Source: Moniliella sp. 'wahieum'
Lineage: Eukaryota
Length of the DNA: 64,000 nucleotides
Direction: 5' to 3'
Assembly (NCBI GenBank): GCA_003971905.1
Contig: RSEE01000038.1
Coordinates: forward strand, 248,001-312,000
A program made the translations under genes and the position numbers. The notes below the pieces were generated by a model. It saw only the letters and a program-made list of their open reading frames with translations, did not search any database and was not told the DNA's origin. How positions within the stretch are numbered: the stretch's first letter is position 1; each line of letters opens with the position of its first letter. Positions 52,721-64,000 of this stretch are shown here, piece by piece.

Positions 52721-53562
52721 GCACTGGGGCGCACACTCACGCTCTAGCCCCTTGCCCCGTCTGATGCTCCTGTCACCACACACTCACCCGGTGCTCCCTT
52801 GCTTCACCGTCACGCATCACTTGCTTCTCTAGTCGCCTCGCTTTCCTTTCCAGAAGAAGCTGGCTCCCACTGAAAGCGCAGCACATTATATTACAGCACT
52901 TGGTACGTAGCACTTGGGCCGGTGTGGCTGGTTTGTGGTGCGCCGACAGGCTTACTACGTGTCGTGCTTACTACGCTCGGCGGCACGTTACTGTTTCTAG
53001 GTACTCATCGGCTCGGCACTCAGGCTGAGCTCCAGCCGTTGGTCTTGGGGGACAGGCAAACCCTGGTCACGGCGTTCCGGAGCGCCGGTGGGGCGCGAGG
53101 TCTGGGCCCGAGGCCTGAGGGCGCTGCAGCCATCGCAGCAGAGGCTGATGCGGCTGGTGCACCACAACAGACGCTTCCCTTCATCGCCCCGTCGATCGAC
53201 TGTGCCAAATCACGGTGGCCTCACCAGTCGGCCAGAGCTGAACGAGTCTAAAGCTCTGCGCTCAGCCGCACAGCGCCCTTCCTGCAATTGCCCTAGCGCT
53301 GGCGTGCTGGCGCGCAGACATTCGGGCCAAAGCCAAACGATCGTTCAACGTGAGCCGCCGATCGACCCCAGATCAACCTACCTCTTTAATATTAGCATTA
53401 GCATCACATCCTCCTCCCCTCTTTTTCTCGTCGCTTTGCCTCTCCCTCTTCTTTCCCCCCATCCCCATCTCCAACCTCCTTCCCTCCCGCGTATCTGCAC
53501 AGAGCGGGCTACCTCCTACCTTACCTCCCCTACACACGTTCTTTTCCACACACTCTCTTCTC

Positions 53563-56500
53563 ATGCACCTCACTCCTTTCGTTACCCTCGCCCTGGCTAT
53601 CGCCGCCACGGGCGTGGTCGCGGACCCCAACGCCTCCCGTCTCCGTCGTCACCACGGTGTTCGTCGTGACCTTTCTTTCAGTGCTGCTGCTCGCTGCTGC
53701 CTCGGCTGCCCATCACCTTGAAGTGGGCCAAAGCTTGGACCTGCCCGGTTTGCAGATCGGTGGCGGATTCGACCTTCCGACTCGGAGCAATGGGACGTCA
53801 GCCGCAGCGAGGGTGTTGCTATCGGCAAGAACGGTGCGACGGCTGCTGCTGCGGCGTCCGCTTCGGATTCTTGGAAAGTGGCTGCCAAGTTCTCCGAGTC
53901 GATCATCGTGACCAACCCGTTCGGCGAGTTTGGCATTGTCCTTGGTGGCGGTGGCAACGCCGGCGGCAACGCGGGTTTCTCCGTCTCCGTTCTTCAGGGT
54001 GCAAGCGCTTCGGCGGCCAAGAGCGCCGCAAAGAGTGTGGCGGCTAGCTCCTCGACGGCTAAGAGCGCTGCGAGTAGCACTGCCACGAGCACCGGCACCA
54101 CCACTACTTGGGTCTTTCCCGTAGCTGGTCTACCTCCCTCCCTGACACCCTTCTCACTCCCACCACCGTCACCCTGCTTCGTCGCTGTTTCTCACCCGTC
54201 GCACAAGGGCCACTCTTCGGTCTCCGAGTCGCACAAGGTCCACAAATCGCACAAGGGTCACTCTTCGGTCTCCGAGTCGCACAAGGTTCAAATCGCACTC
54301 GGCCCACTCTCCGTCCAAGCCGCACCATTCTTTCGCCTACCACCTGTCGTCCTCTGTCGGGCACGTCAAGCCGGCTTCCTCTCACGCGGCCCCAGGTGGC
54401 CATGCCAGCGTTTCGCTCGGTGAATCCGCTAGTGCATCGGCCGCGGAATCGGTTGGTGCGTCGTTTGGCGCTGGCGGTAGCAAGTCGGTCGGCTTTGGCG
54501 GTAGCAGTTGTAGGCATTTCGGCTGGCAAGTCGGCCGGTGCCTCGGCCGCCTCTCGGCTGGCAAGTCGGCTGGCTTTCTCGGCTGCAGTCGGCTGGCTTC
54601 TCGGCTGGCAAGTCAGCGGCTATCTCGGCCGCTGGAGGTGCCAAGGCGTCGGCCCGGTTTCTCTGAAGGTGCCCACGGTGGCTTCTCTGTCGGTGCTTCC
54701 GAGGGTTGCGACGGTGCGGTCCTGGCTAGCCTCTCGATGCTGAACAACACGCTGCCAGCGCGCAGCGGCGGCCCAGGCATCCATTTTCGGCTGGCTGCTC
54801 AGTTCGGCGCCAGCCGTGGCGGGGCTTACAAGGCCTCAATCGCCGCTGCCCTCTCTGCTGCGGAGCAGGAAGCGGCCAGCATTGCCCTGGTTTCCACGCT
54901 GCCGCTCGGGTGCGTTGGCTGCCGGTGCGTCGCAGGCGCTCAAGAAGCGGCTAGCTTTGGCTGCCTTCTCTGTCCAGTTGCGTCCGAAGCGCTCACAGGG
55001 CTGCTAGCATCGGTGCCGGGGTGCAGGCCGGCGCCTCGGCTGCAGGTCACCACGCTGCCAGCATTGCCGTTTCGGAAGCTGCCAAGGCCTCCGCCGGGTT
55101 CTCGATTGGTCAACACCATGCCGCTAGCATTGCCGCTTCCGAGGCGGCTCAGGCTTCCGCCGCTCTCTCTGGCGCCGCGAGCGTTGCTGCCAGCTGGAAG
55201 GGTGGCATCTCGGCTGGTGGCCACCAAGCGCTTAGCGTCGCTGCTTCGCAAGCCGCCAAGGCGTCGGCTGGTCTCTCGGGCGGGGCTAGTGTTGGCGCCG
55301 GCATTGGTGCCGGCATCGGTGCTGGCATTGAGGGTGGCGCTGCCACGGCTGCACAACAGGCCGTCAGCATTGCCGCCGGTGCTGCCGCCAAGGCCTCGGC
55401 CTATCTTTCCGGTGCCATCCAGTGGGGCGCGGACCTGGAGGCTGGGTTGAAGGGCGACCTTTCGGCTGCCAAGAAGTACGAGGCGAGCATTGAGGCTGCC
55501 ATTGCTGCCAAGGGATCGGCTGCCGTCTCGGCTGCTGCCAGTTTCCAGGCTGGCGCTGCCACGGCTGCGCAAAAGGCCGTCAGCATTGCTGCTGCTGCTG
55601 TTGCCCAGGCTTCGGCCCATCTTTCCGGTACCATCCAGTGGAGCGCCGATCTCGAGGCTGGGTTTAAGGGCGACCTTTCGGCCGCGAAGAAGTATGCGGC
55701 GAGCATTGAGGCTGCCATTGCCGCCAAGGTATCCGCTAGCGTCTCGGCTGCGCCCATGTCGAGGGTGCCGTTGCTACCGCCGCGCAACAAGCCGTCAGCA
55801 TTGCCGCTGCCGCTGCTGCCAAGGCCTCGGTCTATCTGTCCGGTGCCGTTCAATGGTCCGCTGAACTGGAGGCTGGCCTGAAGGGTGACCTGTCTGCTGC
55901 CAAGAAGTACGCGGCGAGCATTGAGGCTGCCATTGCTGCCAAGGCATCGGCGGGCGTCTCGGCTGCGGCTGGCGTCGGCGCTAGCATTGGTGCTGGCATC
56001 GAGGGTGGTGTTGCGGCGACTGCGCAACAGGCTGTCAGCATTGTTACGATCGCTGCTGCCCAGGCCTCGGCTCATCTTTCCGGTGCCGTTCAATGGTCTG
56101 CTGAACTGGTGGCTGGCCTGAAGGGCGACCTTTCGGCTGCCAAGAAGTATGCCGCGAGCATTGAGGCTGCCATCGCTGCCAACGTATCCGCTAGCATCTC
56201 GGCCGCCGCCAGGTCCAGGGGGCGTTGCTACCGCTGCGCAACAGGCCGTCAGCATCGCCGCTGCCGCCGCTGCCAAGGCCTCGGTCTATCTGTCCGGTGC
56301 TGTCCAATGGTCCGCTGAACTGGAGGCTGGCCTGAAGGGCGACCTGTCTGCTGCCAAGAAGTACGCGGCGAGCGTTGAGGCTGCCATTGCTGCCAAGGCA
56401 TCGGCTGGCGTCTCGGTGGCTGCTGGTGTCGGCGCTGCCATCGAGGGTGGTGCTGCTGCGACTGCGCAACAGGCGGTCAGCATTGTTACGGTCGCTGCTG

Positions 56501-57127
56501 CCCAGGCCTCGGCTCATCTTTCTGGTGCCGTCAAGTGGAGCGCGGACCTGGAGCTGGGTTGAAGGGCGACCTGTCGGCTGCCAAGAAGTACGCGGCGAGC
56601 ATTGAGGCTGCCATTGGTGCGGGCATCAAGGGTGGCGTTGCTACTGTTGCGCAACAGGCTGTCAGCATTGCCACGGCCGCCGCTGCCAAGGCCTCCGCTG
56701 AACTGTCTGGTGAAGTCAAGTGGGGCGCTGAACTGAAGGCTGGCCTGCAGGGCGACCTTGAGGCTGCCAAGAAGTATGCGGCGAGCGTCGAGGCTGCCAT
56801 TGCTGCCAAGGCGTCCGCTGGTGCCTCTGCCGCTGCCAGTGTCGGCGCTGACGTCGAGGGTGGCGTTGCCACGGCGGCGCAACAGGCTGTCAGCATTGCC
56901 GCTGCCGCTGCTTCCAAGGCCTCGGCAAGCCTTTCTGGTGCTGTCAACTGGGGCGCGAACCTTGAGGCCGGGCTGAAGGGCGACCTTGAGGCTGCCAAGA
57001 AGTACGCAGCCAGCGTCGAGGATGCCATTGGTGCTAACGGGTCTGCTAGCGTCTCGGGCACCGCCGGTTGGGGTGTGAGCGGTGAGGCTGGGGCAGCTTT
57101 TTGGGCGCGTTTGGTGCGCAGTGGTAA
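53563..57127 (+). CDS. Large secreted Ala/Ser/Gly-rich protein with eight 62-80 aa tandem repeats; family not recognised
   Basis: MHLTPFVTLALAIAATGVVA is signal-peptide-like and is followed by dibasic RR sites. Chained ORFs with GCN-rich codons. Eight copies of KGDLSAAKKYAASIEAAI. Probable stop TAA at 57125-57127 after correcting a frameshift in the T/G run at about 57098-57105. Confidence 0.8.
55330..57030 (+). repeat. Coding tandem repeat, 8 units of about 186-240 bp
   Basis: Anchor (A/C)AGGGYGACCT at 55450, 55666, 55881, 56121, 56335, 56562, 56748 and 56976. Confidence 0.92.
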
Positions 57128-57575
57128 ACTCCTTTACGATTCTTTGCTGCCATTCGCTTCTTTTCTTGTCCTTGTCTCCCCCTCTCTGCCTCCCCGGTCC
57201 CTTTGCCCAATCGTCATCATTCATTTCCCTATCTTACGTGACTGCAATGCCTTTCTCTGACCATTGCCATCTGTCCCCCGTGCTTCGATCCACTTTCTTT
57301 TAAGTCATTGTGTCCTTCGCCAAGCTTCTCATACTTTTGCGCTATAGCCTGCGAATTTCACGGTGAAGTGCCAGGCACATTGACGAAATCCAATTTTCCT
57401 TCTTTTCGCCTCTGTTCTCTCTCGCATTCCCATGGATAGATCCAAACAGTTCCCTATATACGATCCTCTACACTTTCACTGACAACTCAACCACTCAGAT
57501 GTAAGCTCTGGCGTGCATTCAGCAAGCGTTTTGATACCGGTACAACATGGGCCAGGCACTGGAGCGGTATCCTCC

Positions 57576-59955
57576 TTACTCGACCGGCTCGACCGTCTCG
57601 GAGACGACCTCCTCCATCCACTCCTGCAGATCCTCCATCTGCTCCTGCTCGAGCACAACCTGGACAGGAACAAAGGACCAAGGCCACGCTTCTCGCGCTC
57701 CGCGTTGAGGTAGGACAGGTTGCCCTGGCGCCACGCATGCCACTCGCGCAGCTTGCGCTCGTACAATTCCTTGTTGCGCAGCGCAGCGTTCGACTCCTCT
57801 GCCGCATCCTCCTCGTCGAATGCTTGCCCAGGTCGCGCAAGTTGCGACGGACCTCCTTCTGCTCCTCCTTGCTGAGCTGCAAACGAGGACGCGGCCGCCA
57901 GAGAATTTGCTTGAACCGGTCGAGGTGGTGCTGCTGCAGTTGCTTGCCTTTCCAGTCCCAAATGGCGTACCCATGCTCCACCGGCTGCCGCCAAACCGAA
58001 CCCGAGGTAACCACGTACCGACCCGACGGGTCCCACTCCAAATCGGTCATGCCCACGTGCTCTCCCTCGCCAATCTTGCGAACTTCCTCAGCAGGGTCGT
58101 TGGCCGGTTGGCCTTGGCGCGTCTCCAGACCAAGTCGACATCGTACCACTGCAAGTCCGACTTGGACGCGTTGCCCATCGTGGCCGCGACCAAATGGCGG
58201 CCCTTGGGCGACCAGAACAGCGTGTTGGCCGTCGTGTTGTCTAGGACCTTGAGAAGCTTGAAGTCACCCTTCTTCTGGTCAAGGTAGAAGAGCGTGATCT
58301 GCGAACGGACCGCTGCCGTCGACGGCGCGGCACCCTGGGCAGGGTTGTTGGTGGTAATGGCAGCAAAGTGGCTGCCCATCGGTTCCCAAGCAAAGGCCGT
58401 GACGGGTTCCTTGAGCTCAAGCGTGTCCACAGGAAGTTCTTCTCGCGGGTCTTGAACAGCTCGAGGTTGGTAAAGATGCTCTTCTTGGTCTTCGTGTGCC
58501 GGTCGACCTTGACGCACAGGTAGTCGCCCTGCGGGTGCCAGTGCAGCTTGCAGTCCGAAACATTGAACAGGTTCTTCGTCCGCACAATCTGGCGGTCGGG
58601 AATCGACATGACGGCCACACGAGCAGGTTGGTTGTCCACCTCAGGCACCCAGTAGACCAGCATGTTGTCGCGAGGCTTCTTGGCCGTCTTAGCGCGCTGC
58701 AACGCCTTCTCATCAGGGTACTTCTCCCCACGGGCCTTGTACTCGGCCTCGGCCTCGCGTACCCGCTGGGCCTCGTTCCAGGTGTCAATCTGGTCCTTGT
58801 CTTTGTCCCCGAGCGGGCACCACTCGAAGTCGACAACACCCTCAATGTCGATGCTCTTCTTGTCAAGGCGCTGCATGGTGGGCAGTTCGTACACAGTGAT
58901 ACGCTTGCCAGGTTGGATACGCGCGCAGTACTTGCTGTCTCCGCTCCACTTGAGGAAGGGCCAAGGCATGTTCAGGACTGTTCCATTTGCCTTGGCACTC
59001 GCCGGCAGGTCCTCCTTCTCCACAGGGAACGTCGAGAGCAAGTGACCAGTCGACACGTCCCATACCGCCACACGGTTGCCCTCGTCCCGAGGAGCAAAGT
59101 ACTCCGGGCCCTGGAGCATGCCCTCGGGCACGTGGATCGGCTGCGGCGACCAAGTAACCATGTACTTCTCGTCTGGGCTGAAGTCGACAAGGGACACGCC
59201 GGGTGAGCGAAACGCTTGAAGCTAAAGTTGGGACCTGAGAACAGAGCAACACCCTGAATGCGGAACGTGGCGAGGTAGGTGCCCTGGACTCCATTGGAGG
59301 TACGATCGTCCAGCGCTTGCGCTGCTCGATTTCAGTGGGTTGCCAGTGCGGTTGTGCCACATGAGAGTGACAACGTCGTCCTTCATCATGACCAGCTGGT
59401 CGCGGTCTGTGGGTCGGAGAGCCACCAGCGGGCATGCTCCCGGGGCTGGAACTCATCCACCTTGGGCTCCACGTACTCATCCGACAGGGCGGCGAGCTTC
59501 TCAATGTCAGTGAAGCGGTTGACGTGCATCTGGTAGCGCTTGTCGAACATGACGCCATCCATGAGACGGATGGCGGCCGAGGCAGCCTGCTCGTTCTCTG
59601 TCTCAACAAAGACCCAACTGCAAAGGAAACTGCGTTAGCACCAGCCCCTGTTGAGGGCCACGGAGGGGGGGGAGACGTACCCCTTGGACTTGGGCTCTGC
59701 GCCACCCTCCTCAAAGGGCATGTCGAACTTGGCGGGGTCAAGGTCGAGCTTGAAGGCCTTGAAGCGCTTCACAATGGCGCCAAACAGACGATCTTGCTTG
59801 GAGGGGCCGACGACGGGGAGGCCAGAGATGACGATCACGTCGTCCAGGCCAGCGTGCTCGTCCACGGCATAGCGCTGTTCAATGCTGGAGTAGTCGATGT
59901 CGCTGATGTCGATGTCGTCGTCAAGGACGGGGTCGTTGAGGGCAGCGGGGGCCAT
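57576..59955 (-). CDS. PRT1: Translation initiation factor eIF3 subunit B
   Basis: RRM region (DVIVISGLPVVG..KSKG, intron 59618-59680), beta-propeller (VDFSPDEKYMVTWS, RTKNLFNVSDCKLHWHPQGDYLCVKVDRHTK, WDPSGRYV) and C-terminal ILWRPRP..EEVVSETVE. Confidence 0.96.
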
Positions 59956-60382
59956 GCTGGGCAGCACACAGGAGGCAGGCGATGCGGATGCGGCGTCGAT
60001 GGTTGAGGCAAAAGGAGGCGAGCAGGCGAGCGGACGCCGAGCAGAGAAAGACGAGCGTGGTCGTGGTGCCGAAGATTTTTGCACCACGCACGGCGCCAGT
60101 GTGCGTCGCCCACACTCCAGCGCTGCCCCTCGTGCGCTTCCGCCCATTCCGCCGTTTTTTTTTCTGGGTCCCGGGGCGAAACTTTCAAGCCGAAAGGGCG
60201 CGAAGGGGGTTGCCGTGGCAGGTCGCATGCCCACACTGACATCACGTGCCATTCACCCTATGACGCCCACGGCCTGTAACATGGAACACCTAGGCAAGTC
60301 CCGCGCATCTATAACGCCTTGCACTGCACATCGCTCCCATTGCGTGGCCACCCCATGCGGCTGCTCGTCCCGGCTGCTCCTC

Positions 60383-62976
60383 TCAGTGGCTGCAGTATTG
60401 GAAGACAAACGACACCTCTGGGTGCTGCATCTCTGCCCGGAGCAGGTCGTCGTGCAGGTGCTTGAACTCGGCCGGCCCAAAGTGGTTCCAGGTACTCGTG
60501 TCGCCATAGAGCATCGCCGGGGCGCGGATGCGCTGCCGGCCGTCACGGCAGCGCTTGCACTTGTACGTGTCGTGGGTCAGAGGAAGTGTGTTCTTTGAAC
60601 GTAAACAGCTCGCGCAGCTCATCCCCCCGGAAATGGCGCTCTGCATCCTGTGCGTCGTCCACCACACACGACGAAAGGGTTTGCTTGTGCGACTGGCTGT
60701 CGTCCACCGGAACCCACCAATACAGAAGAAAAGAGCACAATGTCAGTCCTGTTATACGCACCAGCACAAAAGTCACGTACCGTTGCAAAATCTTCTCTTC
60801 AATCGAACCTGTGCCCACAAACCGATAGACAAAACACGACTTCTTTTGTCCATCACGCCAGACCCGAGCGAGTGCTTGCTGGTCCGAGGCGGGGTTCCAG
60901 TCTGGGTCAAAGAGAACCAGCCGGTTGGCCCCAATCAAGTTGATTCCACAACCACCCGCTTTGGACGACAAGAGAAAGATAAATTCTTTGCCTTCGGGGT
61001 CATTGAATTTGTCCACCAGCTTTTGGCGCTTGGGAACGGCCATGGTGCCATCCAGACGGAAATGACCCCAGCGTTTCGCGCGGCACATGCTCTCAAACAC
61101 GTCGAGCGTTTGGGTATAGTTGGAGATGAGAACAATCTTGTCGTTCGTATTGTTTCGGATGGAGGTGAGAAAGCGCTCCAATACCAACATTTTGCCGCTG
61201 TACTCCGGTTTGCGCCGGTCACGAGGATCGTAATCGGCAGGAAAGCACTTTTCACTTCCTTCAAGCTCGGCGGGTAGATCCAACAAAGCAGGATGGTTGC
61301 ATAGCTTTTTCAGGATCTGAATTGCCTTCAGTGGTTGAGAGCCTTGTCCACGCAGCAAGGTCTTGATCTCGGGGCTGGTGATAAAGTGGCGATAGAGAGC
61401 CAACTGGAAGGGCGACATGCGGCAGAAAACGACGTGCTCGTACTTGACGGGGAGATACTTGCTCAGCAAGTCATTGGTACGACGAATAATAAAGCGCGAG
61501 ACGAGCGTCGAAAGCTCCGCCAACTTTTTATCACCTTCCTCTTTCTCCTTGTCGCTTGCACCAGCGTCGCGGCCCTTGAGGATGGCCAGCTCAAAATTCT
61601 TGCGAAACTCGACGCGAGAACCGAGAAGGTCTGGATTGGCAAAGTTGAGCAAGCTAAAGTACTCGCTTAGATCGTTCTGAATCGGGGTTCCAGAGAGAAT
61701 GACACGCCGCTTGACATTGAGTCGGTCCAACGTGGTTACGGTGAGCGATTCTGAATTCTTGAGGCGGTGGCCCTCATCACACAGAAGCAGTCCCACCTCT
61801 GTTTCCCCAATCGTGTCGGTCAGGTTACGAAGCGTCTCATACGACGCAATCAAAACAGGGGTGGTGACTTGGCGGCCCTTGGCCTGGCACCAACGTCGTA
61901 CACTCGCCACCAGTTCGTCCTGTTTCAATTTACCGTCCAAGGCAAACACGCCGGGGGCCGCCTCGCCCAACCACTTAACCAGCTCGTTGGCCCAGTTGCG
62001 AACGAGCGAGGCAGGACAAGCGATGATCACCTTGTCGATCGTAGGCTTGTTGGGAATCGGGCTTTGACGCAACAACGTCCAAAGCAGAGCAATGCACTGC
62101 AACGTTTTTCCCAGCCCCATCTCATCGGCCATAATGCACCCATACGCATTCTCCACCATCAAGCCGGTGCAGCAACGGTAAAGGAATCGTACCCCTTCCA
62201 CTTGATGGGGCCGCAGAACTTTGCCCAACCTAGGTCAATGACAACAGGCACTTTGACCACTTCCTTCTTGGATTCCCTCTTGATTCCTAGGATGTCGGCC
62301 AGACTCTTGTGGGGTCCTCGTTTGATTGGAACTGGGGCTGGGGGCATATTTTCCTTACTTTCTTCGCCGGCCGCTTGGGCTCGCGCATCTGCCTCGAGCC
62401 TCCGCTTGGCTTCAATCGACTCACGGTCATCGGTCGTAGGGTCAAACAGAACAATGGCATGGGCGCCCATGGGATCGTGCAAAGGACGAGGCGGGATCTC
62501 AATCGCGCGCCGCGTGCCAAGTGCAGCATGCGACAATCGGTTCTCAATCACCTCACCTTTCTTGTTCTTCATCACGGGCATGTGAAAGGAACGGCGGAGC
62601 GCATCAGGATTGGGCTGGTACACGGGCCACTTGCGTGTGTCGGCGTTGGTCGAACGGCCGGTGGCGTCGACACCTTTGTAGCCACTGCAATCGGCGTTCT
62701 TGGGATGTTCTTCTTCAGCGTCTTGGTGCCTTTTCCATCTGCCTCATCCGTCTCAGCTTCTCCGTCGTCTTCCCCATCTCCCATATTGCGATAATCGACG
62801 CGCTTGCGCTTGCGTTTGCCCGGTAGATTGGCACGGGCGAGCGAGGGGGGGCGGAAGGGCTTGACTTCGAACGACGCTTCGAACCCACCGCCGTTGGCGA
62901 GTCCTGAGTGGCCAGGCGAGAGCGGCGCGCCCGCGTCATCTCCCTTCAAGACGGCGGAGATAAAGCTGCGGCGCAT
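60383..62976 (-). CDS. RAD54: DNA repair/recombination SNF2-family ATPase Rad54
   Basis: RPLHDPMG..KVPVVID, LRPHQVEGV, GCIMADEMGLGKTLQC, LLLCDEGHRLKN, ILSGTPIQNDL, FDPDWNPASDQQALARVWRDGQKK and HDTYKCKRC. Intron 60697-60780. Confidence 0.97.
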
Positions 62977-64000
62977 GGGGCTGGAGGAGGAAGAACGAGG
63001 AGCAGGACGTAGTAATGGCGGTGGTGGTGGCAAGGGCCAACGTGCTGCGCCAACGCCCGAAAGCGGCTGTGAACGGCAGGCGAACAGTGATTGGCGATGC
63101 GTGATATCGGTCCTGAAAGCAATTTAAATTGGAGCGCCCGCTGCGCGCCCCGCGTGCCACGAGCCACTGGACACACCACGCGTCGTGTTTTCCTCGCCAC
63201 CAAAAGGAAACGCACAGCAATCGCTTTGCCTTCATTTTTTTCTCGGGCATTGTCGGGATAGCATGGCAGTGACGGCCTCCTACTATACTATGCGCACGCT
63301 TTTCCGTTCAAATGTGTAATGATTTGGAAAATTTGCGTAAAAGATGAGGTGGGGGGGCGTCACAAAACAGAGATCAAGAGCTGCTACTGCCAGTATATCT
63401 TCTTGTGTTGCTGCCTCGTGCGAAACACCTTTTTCCGTCCGGCGCCAAATACTATTCATCCCTCTTTCACGAATCCTTAACTGACCTTCCCATCTGTCCA
63501 CCGCTCCCGTGTAATGCGGCGGAATCGTTTGGATTGTTGACCCTTTGCGCTGGCTGAGAGTTACCCGGAATGTCTCCATTTCTTCCCAACAAGAATATGC
63601 GCCAGAAAAACAAGTAAGCTCAAGCTACTATGCTATTTTGCTGTTCCTTCACCTAAGGCCCCCTTTTGATCGCCTGTTTATATGGGGGGTATTGTCTGTA
63701 AAAGGTAGTGGCTTTTACCCATGATAAGTTATTTTCTGAGATCACAGTCCCCGCGTCGGAGGCGCGGCGTAATTCCACCCGGTTTTGACGGATCTCGTAG
63801 TTGAGAAGATGCGGCGAGGATGGGGGACGACCGATAAGAAGAGAAAGCGAGTAGTGTATTCACGCTGAGAGGTACAAGACTGAGTACCGAGGTGAGAGTC
63901 TGGAATAAAAGCGCGATAGGATCCTGTATATTCACGGTTATGTACATCTCTCCTCCTTCCTTTCGCCGACCCTCGATGTTGGGCTACTTGACATGATTCA

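Noticed and set aside
55330..57030. CRISPR-like repeat-spacer appearance
   Set aside because: Units are about 200 bp, homologous along their whole length and protein-coding, in a eukaryotic context.
63283..63947. Short minus-strand ORFs at the window end
   Set aside because: No recognisable motif. They may belong to a gene extending beyond the window, but this cannot be supported.

Overview
Eukaryotic, GC-rich, intron-poor fungal genomic DNA. It is basidiomycete-like and probably a smut-type Ustilaginomycotina, inferred from protein style and GT..CTRAC..AG introns. I can support 17 protein-coding genes: MGM101, an UNC-93-like MFS transporter, a GAF-domain protein, ERG1, JAC1, a short WBP11-like protein, an API5-like protein, an amino-acid permease, a CaMKK/Sak1-type kinase, a PH-like/ArfGAP protein, a FAM32A-like protein, MTR3, ZUO1, an SRPK/Sky1 kinase, a large secreted Ala-rich repeat protein, eIF3b/PRT1 and RAD54. 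Almost all carry 1-2 nt frameshifts that look like long-read assembly errors, so gene ends are approximate. I saw no tRNA, rRNA, CRISPR array or intact transposon. The most striking unexplained signal is intergenic: dozens of short 7-bp-period arrays built as T(G/C)A plus a 4-bp palindrome. At least 14 of the 16 possible palindromic cores occur, often switching within one in-register array, and the arrays cluster upstream of genes. Also notable are the roughly 1,200-aa secreted silk-like repeat protein and diverged, dispersed copies of an unrecognised sequence family in the large intergenic gaps. All calls come from reading the sequence by eye; no searches were run.
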